This document shows, piece by piece, positions 1-15,000 of a stretch of DNA of 32,358 bases. The stretch comes from Nemertoderma westbladi (lineage: Eukaryota > Animalia > Xenacoelomorpha). The stretch covers positions 1 to 32,358 of the forward strand of contig JAUCBJ010003632.1 of assembly GCA_032718475.1 (NCBI GenBank), in the 5' to 3' direction. Positions within the stretch are counted from its first letter, which is position 1. Every line of letters begins with the position of its first letter. The position numbers and the translations under genes were made by a program. The notes under the pieces are model-generated. The model was given only the letters and a program-made list of their open reading frames with translations. It was not told where the DNA came from and made no database searches.

Positions 1-3000
1 CACCTACTGAATGTAACATATACAGTAGGATGTACAAACACCTACTGAATGTAACATATACAGTAGTATGTTCAAACAAACACCTACTGAATGTAACATA
101 TACAGTAGGATGTACAAACACCTACTGAATGTAACATATACAGTAGGATGTTCAAACAAACACCTACTGAATGTAACATATACAGTAGGATGTACAAACA
201 AACACCTACTGAATGTAACATATACAGTAGGATGTACAAACACCTACTGAATGTAACATATATAGTAGCATGTACAAACAAACACCTACTGAATGTAACA
301 TATACAGTAGGATGTACAAACACCTACTGAATGTAACATATATAGTAGCATGTACAAACAAACACCTACTGAATGTAACATATACAGTAGGATGTACAAA
401 CACCTACTGAATGTAACATATACAGTAGGATGTACAAACAAACACCTACTGAATGTAACATATACAGTAGCATGTACAAACAAACACCTACTGAATGTAA
501 CATATACAGTAGGATGTACAAACACCTACTGAATGTAACATATATAGTAGCATGTACAAACAAACACCTACTGAATGTAACATATACAGTAGGATGTACA
601 AACACCTACTGAATGTAACATATACAGTAGGATGTTCAAACAAACACCTACTGAATGTAACATATACAGTAGGATGTACAAACAAACACCTACTGAATGT
701 AACATATACAGTAGGATGTACAAACACCTACTGAATGTAACATATATAGTAGCATGTACAAACAAACACCTACTGAATGTAACATATACAGTAGGATGTA
801 CAAACACCTACTGAATGTAACATATACAGTAGGATGTACAAACAAACACCTACTGAATGTAACATATACAGTAGCATGTACAAACAAACACCTACTGAAT
901 GTAACATATACAGTAGGATGTACAAACAAACACCTACTGAATGTAACATATACAGTAGCATGTACAAACAAACACCTACTGAATGTAACATATACAGTAG
1001 GATGTACAAACACCTACTGAATGTAACATATACAGTAGGATGTACAAACAAACACCTACTGAATGTAACATATACAGTAGGATGTACAAACAAACACCTA
1101 CTGAATGTAACATATACAGTAGGATGTACAAACACCTACTGAATGTAACATATACAGTAGTATGTTCAAACAAACACCTACTGAATGTAACATATACAGT
1201 AGGATGTACAAACACCTACTGAATGTAACATATACAGTAGCATGTACAAACAAACACCTACTGAATGTAACATATACAGTAGGATGTACAAACAAACACC
1301 TACTGAATGAAACATATACAGTAGGATGTACAAACACCTACTGAATGTAACATATATAGTAGCATGTACAAACAAACACCTACTGAATGTAACATATACA
1401 GTAGGATGTACAAACAAACACCTACTGAATGTAACATATACAGTAGGATGTACAAACAAACACCTACTGAATGTAACATATACAGTAGGATGTACAAACA
1501 AACACCTACTGAATGTAACATATACAATAGGATGTACAAACAAACACCTACTGAATGTAACATATACAGTAGGATGTACAAACAAACACCTACTGAATGT
1601 AACATATACAGTAGGATGTACAAACAAACACCTACTGAATGTAACATATACAGTAGTATGTTCAAACAAACACCTACTGAATGTAACATATACAGTAGGA
1701 TGTACAAACAAACACCTACTGAATGTAACATATACAGTAGGATGTACAAACAAACACCTACTGAATGTAACATATACAATAGGATGTACAAACACCTACT
1801 GAATGTAACACATACAGTATGATGTACAAACAAACACCTACTGAATGTAACATATACAGTAGGATGTACAAACACCTACTGAATGTAACATATACAGTAG
1901 CATGTACAAACAAACACCTACTGAATGTAACATATACAGTAGGATGTACAAACACCTACTGAATGTAACATATATAGTAGGATGTACAAACACCTACTGA
2001 ATGTAACATATACAGTAGCATGTACAAACAAACACCTACTGAATGTAACATATACAGTAGGATGTACAAACACCTACTGAATGTAACATATATAGTAGGA
2101 TGTACAAACACCTACTGAATGTAACATATACAGTAGCATGTACAAACAAACACCTACTGAATGTAACATATACAGTAGGATGTACAAACACCTACTGAAT
2201 GTAACATATACAGTAGGATGTACAAACACCTACTGAATGTAACATATACAGTAGGATGTACAAAAAACACCTACTGAATGTAACATAAACAGTAGGATGC
2301 ACAAACAAACACCTACTGAATGTAACATATACAGTAGGATGTACAAACACCTACTGAATGTAACATATACAGTAGGATGTACAAACAAACACCTACTGAA
2401 TGTAACATATACAGTAGGATGTACAAACAAACACCTACTGAATGTAACATATACAGTAGGATGTACAAACACCTACTAAAAGAAACATATACAGTAGGAT
2501 GTACAAACAAACACCTACTGAATGTAACATATACAGTAGGATGTACAAACACCTACTAAAGAAACATATACATTAGGATGTACAAACACCTACTGAAAGA
2601 AACATATACAGTAGGATGTACAAACACCTACTGAAAGAAACATATACAGTAGGATGTACAAACACCTACTAAAGAAACATATACATTAGGATGTACAAAC
2701 ACCTACTGAAAGAAACATATACAGTAGGATGTACAAACACCTACTGAAAGAAACATATACAGTAGGATGTACAAACACCTACTGAATGTAACATATACAG
2801 TAGGATGTACAAACGAACACCTACTGAAAGTAACATATACAGTAGGATGTACAAACAAACACCTACTGAATGTAACATATACAATAGGATGTACAAACAC
2901 CTACTGAATGTAACACATACAGTATGATGTACAAGCAAACACCTACTGAATGTAACATATACAGTAGGATGTACAAACACCTACTGAATGTAACATATAC

Positions 3001-6000
3001 AGTAGGATGTACAAACACCTACTGAATGTAACATATACAGTAGGATGTACAAACACCTACTGAAAGAAACATATACAGTAGGATGTACAAACAAACACCT
3101 ACTGAATGTAACATATACAGTAGGATGTACAAACACCTACTGAATGTAACATATACAGTAGGATGTACAAACAAACACCTACTGAATGTAACATATACAG
3201 TAGCATGTACAAACAAACACCTACTGAATGTAACATATACAGTAGGATGTACAAACAAACACCTACAGAATGTAACATATACAGTAGGATGTACAAACAC
3301 CTACTGAATGTAACATATACAGTAGCATGTACAAACAAACACCTACTGAATGTAACATATACAGTAGGATGTACAAACAAACACCTACTGAATGTAACAT
3401 ATACAGTAGGATGTACAAACACCTACTGAATGTAACATATACAGTAGTATGTTCAAACAAACACCTACTGAATGTAACATATACAGTAGGATGTACAAAC
3501 ACCTACTGAATGTAACATATACAGTAGCATGTACAAACAAACACCTGCTGAATGTAACATATACAGTAGGATGTACAAACAAACACCTACTGAATGTAAC
3601 ATATACAGTAGGATGTACAAACACCTACTGAATGTAACATATATAGTAGCATGTACAAACAAACACCTACTGAATGTAACATATACAGTAGCATGTACAA
3701 ACAAACACCTACTGAATGTAACATATACAGTACGATGTACAAACAAACACCTACTGAATGTAACATATACAGTAGGATGTACAAACAAACACCTACTGAA
3801 TGTAACATATACAGTAGGATGTACAAACACCTACTAAAAGAAACATATACAGTAGGATGTACAAACAAACACCTACTGAATGTAACATATACAGTAGGAT
3901 GTACAAACACCTACTAAAGAAACATATACATTAGGATGTACAAACACCTACTGAAAGAAACATATACAGTAGGATGTACAAACACCTACTGAAAGAAACA
4001 TATACAGTAGGATGTACAAACACCTACTAAAGAAACATATACAGTAGGATGTACAAACAAACACCTACTGAATGTAACATATACAATAGGATGTACAAAC
4101 ACCTACTGAATGTAACACATACAGTATGATGTACAAACAAACACCTACTGAATGTAACATATACAGTAGGATGTACAAACACCTACTGAATGTAACATAT
4201 ACAGTAGGATGTACAAACACCTACTGAATGTAACATATACAGTAGGATGTACAAACACCTACTGAAAGAAACATATACAGTAGGATGTACAAACAAACAC
4301 CTACTGAATGTAACATATACAGTAGGATGTACAAACACCTACTGAATGTAACATATACAGTAGGATGTACAAACAAACACCTACTGAATGTAACATATAC
4401 AGTAGCATGTACAAACAAACACCTACTGAATGTAACATATACAGTAGGATGTACAAACAAACACCTACAGAATGTAACATATACAGTAGGATGTACAAAC
4501 ACCTACTGAATGTAACATATACAGTAGCATGTACAAACAAACACCTACTGAATGTAACATATACAGTAGGATGTACAAACAAACACCTACTGAATGTAAC
4601 ATATACAGTAGGATGTACAAACACCTACTGAATGTAACATATACAGTAGTATGTTCAAACAAACACCTACTGAATGTAACATATACAGTAGCATGTACAA
4701 ACAAACACCTACTGAATGTAACATATACAGTACGATGTACAAACAAACACCTACTGAATGTAACATATACAGTAGGATGTACAAACAAACACCTACTGAA
4801 TGTAACATATACAGTAGGATGTACAAACACCTACTAAAAGAAACATATACAGTAGGATGTACAAACAAACACCTACTGAATGTAACATATACAGTAGGAT
4901 GTACAAACACCTACTGAAAGAAACATATACAGTAGGATGTACAAACACCTACTGAAAGAAACATATACAGTAGGATGTACAAACACCTACTGAATGTAAC
5001 ATATACAGTAGGATGTACAAACGAACACCTACTGAAAGTAACATATACAGTAGGATGTACAAACAAACACCTACTGAATGTAACATATACAATAGGATGT
5101 ACAAACACCTACTGAATGTAACACATACAGTATGATGTACAAACAAACACCTACTGAATGTAACATATACAGTAGGATGTACAAACACCTACTGAATGTA
5201 ACATATACAGTAGGATGTACAAACACCTACTGAATGTAACATATACAGTAGGATGTACAAACACCTACTGAAAGAAACATATACAGTAGGATGTACAAAC
5301 AAACACCTACTGAATGTAACATATACAGTAGGATGTACAAACACCTACTGAATGTAACATATACAGTAGGATGTACAAACAAACACCTACTGAATGTAAC
5401 ATATACAGTAGCATGTACAAACAAACACCTACTGAATGTAACATATACAGTAGGATGTACAAACAAACACCTACAGAATGTAACATATACAGTAGGATGT
5501 ACAAACACCTACTGAATGTAACATATACAGTAGCATGTACAAACAAACACCTACTGAATGTAACATATACAGTAGGATGTACAAACAAACACCTACTGAA
5601 TGTAACATATACAGTAGGATGTACAAACACCTACTGAATGTAACATATACAGTAGTATGTTCAAACAAACACCTACTGAATGTAACATATACAGTAGGAT
5701 GTACAAACACCTACTGAATGTAACATATACAGTAGCATGTACAAACAAACACCTACTGAATGTAACATATACAGTAGGATGTACAAACAAACACCTACTG
5801 AATGTAACATATACAGTAGGATGTACAAACACCTACTGAATGTAACATATATAGTAGCATGTACAAACAAACACCTACTGAATGTAACATATACAGTAGC
5901 ATGTACAAACAAACACCTACTGAATGTAACATATACAGTACGATGTACAAACAAACACCTACTGAATGTAACATATACAGTAGGATGTACAAACACCTAC

Positions 6001-9000
6001 TGAATGTAACATATACAGTAGTATGTTCAAACAAACACCTACTGAATGTAACATATACAGTAGGATGTACAAACACCTACTGAATGTAACATATACAGTA
6101 GCATGTACAAACAAACACCTACTGAATGTAACATATACAGTAGGATGTACAAACAAACACCTACTGAATGTAACATATACAGTAGGATGTACAAACACCT
6201 ACTGAATGTAACATATATAGTAGCATGTACAAACAAACACCTACTGAATGTAACATATACAGTAGGATGTTCAAACAAACACCTACTGAATGTAACATAT
6301 ATAGTAGGATGTACAAACACCTACTGAATGTAACATATACAGTAGCATGTACAAACAAACACCTACTGAATGTAACATATACAGTAGGATGTACAAACAC
6401 CTACTGAATGTAACATATACAGTAGGATGTACAAACACCTACTGAATGTAACATATACAGTAGGATGTACAAACAAACATCTACTGAATGTAACATATAC
6501 AGTAGGATGTACAAACACCTACTGAATGTAACATATACAGTAGGATGTACAAACAAACATCTACTGAATGTAACATATACAGTAGGATGTACAAACACCT
6601 ACTGAATGTAACATATACAGTAGGATGTACAAACACCTACTGAATGTAACATATACAGTAGGATGTACAAACAAACACCTACTGAATGTAACATATACAG
6701 TAGGATGTACAAACAAACACCTACTGAATGTAACATATACAGTAGGATGTACAAACAAACATCTACTGAATGTAACATATACAGTAGGATGTACAAACAC
6801 CTACTGATTGTAACAGTTACAGTAGGATATCAAACACCTACTGAATGTAACATATACAGTAGGATGTACAAACACCTACTGAATGTAACATATACAGTAG
6901 GATGTACAAACAAACACCTACTGAATGTAACATATACAGTAGGATGTACAAACAAACATCTACTGAATGTAACATATACAGTAGGATGTACAAACACCTA
7001 CTGAATGTAACATATACAGTAGGATGTACAAACACCTACTGAATGTAACATATACAGTAGGATGTACAAACAAACACCTACTGAATGTAACATATACAGT
7101 AGGATGTACAAACAAACACCTACTGAATGTAACATATACAGTAGGATGTACAAACAAACATCTACTGAATGTAACATATACAGTAGGATGTACAAACACC
7201 TACTGAATGTAACATATACAGTAGGATGTACAAACACCTACTGAATGTAACATATACAGTAGGATGTACAAACAAACACCTACTGAATGTAACATATACA
7301 GTAGGATGTACAAACACCTACTGAATGTAACATATACAGTAGGATGTACAAACAAACACCTACTGAATGTAACATATACAGTAGGATGTACAAACAAACA
7401 CCTACTGAATGTAACATATACAGTAGGATGTACAAACACCTACTGAATGTAACATATACAGTAGGATGTACAAACAAACACCTACTGAATGTAACATATA
7501 CAGTAGGATGTACAAACACCTACTGAATGTAACATATACAGTAGGATGTACAAACACCTACTAAAAGAAACATAAACAGTAGGATGTACAAACAAACACC
7601 TACTGAATGTAACATATACAGTAGGATGTACAAACAAACACCTACTGAATGTAACATATACAGTAGGATGTACAAACAAACACCTACTGAATGTAACATA
7701 TACAGTAGGATGTACAAACACCTACTGAATGTAACATATACAGTAGGATGTACAAACAAACATCTACTGAATGTAACATATACAGTAGGATGTACAAACA
7801 AACACCTACTGAATGTAACATATACAGTAGGATGTACAAACACCTACTGAATGTAACATATACAGTAGGATGTACAAACAAACACCTACTGAATGTAACA
7901 TATACAGTAGGATGTACAAACAAACATCTACTGAATGTAACATATACAGTAGGATGTACAAACACCTACTGAATGTAACATATACAGTAGGATGTACAAA
8001 CACCTACTGAATGTAACATAAACAGTAGGATGTACAAACAAACACCTACTGAATGTAACATATACAGTAGGATGTACAAACACCTACTGAATGTAACATA
8101 TACAGTAGGATGTACAAACAAACACCTACTGAATGTAACATATACAGTAGGATGTACAAACAAACACCTACTGAATGTAACATATACAGTAGGATGTACA
8201 AACACCTACTGAATGTAACATATATAGTAGGATGTACAAACAAACACCTACTGAATGTAACATATACAGTAGGATGTACAAACAAACACCTACTGAATGT
8301 AACATATACAGTAGGATGTACAAACAAACACCTACTGAATGTAACATATACAGTAGGATGTACAAACACCTACTGAATATAACATATACAGTAGGATGTA
8401 CAAACACCTACTGAATGTAACATATACAGTAGGATGTACAAACACCTACTGAATGTAACATATACAGTAGGATGTACAAACACCTACTGAATGTAACATA
8501 TACAGTAGGATGTACAAACAAACACCTACTGAATGTAACATATACAGTAGGATGTACAAACAAACACCTACTGAATGTAACATATACAGTAGGATGTACA
8601 AACACCTACTGAATGTAACATATACAGTAGGATGTACAAACAAACACCTACTGAATGTAACATATACAGTAGGATGTACAAACAAACACCTACTGAATGT
8701 AACATATACAGTAGGATGTACAAACAAACACCTACTGAATGTAACATATACAGTAGGATGTACAAACAAACACCTACTGAATGTAACATATACAGTAGGA
8801 TGTACAAACAAACACCTACTGAATGTAACATATACAGTAGGATGTACAAACAAACACCTACTGAATGTAACATATACAGTAGGATGTACAAACACCTACT
8901 GAATATAACATATACAGTAGGATGTACAAACAAACACCTACTGAATGTAACATATACAGTAGGATGTACAAACAAACACCTACTGAATGTAACATATACA

Positions 9001-12000
9001 GTAGGATGTACAAACACCTACTGAATGTAACATATACAGTAGGATGTACAAACACCTACTGAAAGAAACATACTGTATACAGTAGGATGTACAAACAAAC
9101 ACCTACTGAATGTAACATATACAGTAGGATGTACAAACACCTACTAAAAGAAACATATACAGTAGGATGTACAAACAAACACCTACTGAATGTAACATAA
9201 ACAGTAGGATGTACAAACACCTACTGAAAGAAACATATACAGTAGGATGTACAAACAAACACCTACTGAATGTAACATATACAGTAGGATGTACAAACAC
9301 CTACTAAAAGAAACATATACAGTAGGACGTACAAACACCTACTGAAAGAAACATATACAGTAGGACGTACAAACACCTACTGAATGTAACATATACAGTA
9401 GGATGTACAAACACCTACTGAATGTAACATATACAGTAGGATGTACAAACAAACACCTACTGAATGTAACATATACAGTAGGATGTACAAACAAACACCT
9501 ACTGAATGTAACATATACAGTAGGATGTACAAACACCTACTGAATGTAACATATACAGTAGGATGTACATAAAAACACCTACTGAATGTAACATATACAG
9601 TAGGATGTACAAACAAACATCTACTGAATGTAACATATACAGTAGGATGTACAAACACCTACTGAATATAACATATACAGTAGGATGTACAAACACTTAC
9701 TGAATGTAACATATACAGTAGCATGTACAAACAAACACCTACTGAATGTAACATATACAGTAGGATGTACAAACAAACACCTACTGAATGTAACATATAC
9801 AGTAGGATGTACAAACAAACACCTACTGAATGTAACATATACAGTAGGATGTACAAACAAACACCTACTGAATGTAACATATACAGTAGGATGTACAAAC
9901 ACCTACTGAATGTAACATATACAGTAGGATGTACAAACAAACACCTACTGAATGTAACATATACAGTAGGATGTACAAACACCTACTGAATGTAACATAA
10001 ACAGTAGGATGCACAAACAAACACCTACTGAATGTAACATATACAGTAGGATGTACAAACAAACACCTACTGAATGTAACATATACAGTAGGATGTACAA
10101 ACAAACACCTACTGAATGTAACATATACAGTAGGATGTACAAACACCTACTGAATGTAACATAAACAGTAGGATGTACAAACAAACACCTACTGAATGTA
10201 ACATATACAGTAGGATGTACAAACACCTACTGAATGTAACATATACAGTAGGATGTACAAACAAACACCTACTGAATGTAACATATACAGTAGGATGTAC
10301 AAACAAACACCTACTGAATGTAACATATACAGTAGGATGTACAAACACCTACTGAATGTAACATATATAGTAGGATGTACAAACAAACACCTACTGAATG
10401 TAACATATACAGTAGGATGTACAAACAAACACCTACTGAATGTAACATATACAGTAGGATGTACAAACAAACACCTACTGAATGTAACATATACAGTAGG
10501 ATGTACAAACACCTACTGAATATAACATATACAGTAGGATGTACAAACACCTACTGAATGTAACATATACAGTAGGATGTACAAACACCTACTGAATGTA
10601 ACATATACAGTAGGATGTACAAACACCTACTGAATGTAACATATACAGTAGGATGTACAAACAAACACCTACTGAATGTAACATATACAGTAGGATGTAC
10701 AAACAAACACCTACTGAATGTAACATATACAGTAGGATGTACAAACACCTACTGAATGTAACATATACAGTAGGATGTACAAACAAACACCTACTGAATG
10801 TAACATATACAGTAGGATGTACAAACAAACACCTACTGAATGTAACATATACAGTAGGATGTACAAACAAACACCTACTGAATGTAACATATACAGTAGG
10901 ATGTACAAACAAACACCTACTGAATGTAACATATACAGTAGGATGTACAAACAAACACCTACTGAATGTAACATATACAGTAGGATGTACAAACAAACAC
11001 CTACTGAATGTAACATATACAGTAGGATGTACAAACACCTACTGAATATAACATATACAGTAGGATGTACAAACAAACACCTACTGAATGTAACATATAC
11101 AGTAGGATGTACAAACAAACACCTACTGAATGTAACATATACAGTAGGATGTACAAACACCTACTGAATGTAACATATACAGTAGGATGTACAAACACCT
11201 ACTGAAAGAAACATACTGTATACAGTAGGATGTACAAACAAACACCTACTGAATGTAACATATACAGTAGGATGTACAAACACCTACTAAAAGAAACATA
11301 TACAGTAGGATGTACAAACAAACACCTACTGAATGTAACATAAACAGTAGGATGTACAAACACCTACTGAAAGAAACATATACAGTAGGATGTACAAACA
11401 AACACCTACTGAATGTAACATATACAGTAGGATGTACAAACACCTACTAAAAGAAACATATACAGTAGGACGTACAAACACCTACTGAAAGAAACATATA
11501 CAGTAGGACGTACAAACACCTACTGAATGTAACATATACAGTAGGATGTACAAACACCTACTGAATGTAACATATACAGTAGGATGTACAAACAAACACC
11601 TACTGAATGTAACATATACAGTAGGATGTACAAACAAACACCTACTGAATGTAACATATACAGTAGGATGTACAAACACCTACTGAATGTAACATATACA
11701 GTAGGATGTACATAAAAACACCTACTGAATGTAACATATACAGTAGGATGTACAAACAAACATCTACTGAATGTAACATATACAGTAGGATGTACAAACA
11801 CCTACTGAATATAACATATACAGTAGGATGTACAAACACTTACTGAATGTAACATATACAGTAGCATGTACAAACAAACACCTACTGAATGTAACATATA
11901 CAGTAGGATGTACAAACAAACACCTACTGAATGTAACATATACAGTAGGATGTACAAACAAACACCTACTGAATGTAACATATACAGTAGGATGTACAAA

Positions 12001-15000
12001 CAAACACCTACTGAATGTAACATATACAGTAGGATGTACAAACACCTACTGAATGTAACATATACAGTAGGATGTACAAACAAACACCTACTGAATGTAA
12101 CATATACAGTAGGATGTACAAACACCTACTGAATGTAACATAAACAGTAGGATGCACAAACAAACACCTACTGAATGTAACATATACAGTAGGATGTACA
12201 AACAAACACCTACTGAATGTAACATATACAGTAGGATGTACAAACAAACACCTACTGAATGTAACATATACAGTAGGATGTACAAACAAACACCTACTGA
12301 ATGTAACATATACAGTAGGATGTACAAACAAACACCTACTGAATGTAACATATACAGTAGGATGTACAAACAAACACCTACTGAATGTAACATATACAGT
12401 AGGATGTACAAACTCCTACTGAATGTAACATATACAGTAGGATGTACAAACAAACACCTACTGAATGTAACATATACAGTAGGATGTACAAACACCTACT
12501 GAATGTAACATATACAGTAGGATGTACAAACAAACACCTACTGAATGTAACATAAACAGTAGGATGCACAAACAAACACCTACTGAATGTAACATATACA
12601 GTAGGATGTACAAACACCTACTGAATGTAACATATACAGTAGGATGTACAAACAAACACCTACTGAATGTAACATATACAGTAGGATGTACAAACAAACA
12701 CTTACTGAATGTAACATATACAGTAGGATGTACAAACACCTACTAAAAGAAACATATACAGTAGGATGTACAAACAAACACCTACTGAATGTAACATATA
12801 CAGTAGGATGTACAAACACCTACTAAAGAAACATATACATTAGGATGTACAAACACCTACTGAAAGAAACATATACAGTAGGATGTACAAACACCTACTA
12901 AATGTAACATATACAGTAGGATGTACAAACACCTACTGAATGTAACATATACAGTAGGATGTACAAACACCTACTGAATGTAACATATACAGTAGGATGT
13001 ACAAACAAACACCTACTGAAAGAAACATAAACAGTAGGATGTACAAACAAACACCTACTGAATGTAACATATACAGTAGGATGTACAAACACCTACTGAA
13101 TGTAACATATACAGTAGGATGTACAAACACCTACTGAAAGAAACATACTGTATACAGTAGGATGTACAAACAAACACCTACTGAATGTAACATATACAGT
13201 AGGATGTACAAACACCTACTGAAAGAAACATACTGTATACAGTAGGATGTACAAACAAACACCTACTGAATGTAACATATACAGTAGTATGTTCAAACAA
13301 ACACCTACTGAATGTAACATATACAGTAGGATGTACAAACACCTACTAAAAGAAACATAAACAGTAGGATGTACAAACAAACACCTACTGAATGTAACAT
13401 ATACAGTAGGATGTACAAACAAACACCTACTGAATGTAACATATACAGTAGGATGTACAAACACCTACTGAATGTAACATATACAGTAGGATGTACAAAC
13501 ACCTACTGAATGTAACATATACAGTAGGATGTACAAACACCTACTAAAAGAAACATAAACAGTAGGATGTACAAACAAACACCTACTGAATGTAACATAT
13601 ACAGTAGGATGTACAAACAAACACCTACTGAATGTAACATATACAGTAGGATGTACAAACACCTACTGAATGTAACATATACAGTAGGATGTACAAACAC
13701 CTACTGAATGTAACATATACAGTAGGATGTACAAACACCTACTAAAAGAAACATAAACAGTAGGATGTACAAACAAACACCTACTGAATGTAACATATAC
13801 AGTAGGATGTACAAACAAACACCTACTGAATGTAACATATACAGTAGGATGTACAAACAAACACCTACTGAATGTAACATATACAGTAGGATGTACAAAC
13901 ACCTACTGAATGTAACATATACAGTAGGATGTACAAACACCTACTGAAAGAAACATACTGTATACAGTAGGATGTACAAACAAACACCTACTGAATGTAA
14001 CATATACAGTAGGATGTACAAACACCTACTGAAAGAAACATATACAGTAGGATGTACAAACACCTACTAAAGAAACATATACATTAGGATGTACAAACAC
14101 CTACTGAAAGAAACATATACAGTAGGATGTACAAACACCTACTGAAAGAAACATATACAGTAGGATGTACAAACACCTACTGAATGTAACATATACAGTA
14201 GGATGTACAAACGAACACCTACTGAAAGTAACATATACAGTAGGATGTACAAACAAACACCTACTGAATGTAACATATACAGTAGGATGTACAAACACCT
14301 ACTGAATGTAACATATACAGTAGGATGTACAAACACCTACTGAAAGAAACATACTGTATACAGTAGGATGTACAAACAAACACCTACTGAATGTAACATA
14401 TACAGTAGGATGTACAAACACCTACTAAAAGAAACATATACAGTAGGATGTACAAACAAACACCTACTGAATGTAACATAAACAGTAGGATGTACAAACA
14501 CCTACTGAAAGAAACATATACAGTAGGATGTACAAACACCTACTGAAAGAAACATATACAGTAGGACGTACAAACACCTACTGAATGTAACATATACAGT
14601 AGGATGTACAAACAAACACCTACTGAATGTAACATATACAGTAGGATGTACAAACAAACACCTACTGAAAGTAACATATACAGTAGGATGTACAAACAAA
14701 CACCTACTGAATGTAACATATACAGTAGGATGTACAAACAAACACCTACTGAATGTAACATATACAGTAGGATGTACAAACACCTACTGAATGTAACATA
14801 TACAGTAGGATGTACAAACAAACACCTACTGAATGTAACATATACAGTAGGATGTACAAACAAACACCTACTGAATGTAACATATACAGTAGGATGTACA
14901 AACACCTACTGAATGTAACATATACAGTAGGATGTACATACAAACACCTACTGAATGTAACATATACAGTAGGATGTACAAACAAACATCTACTGAATGT

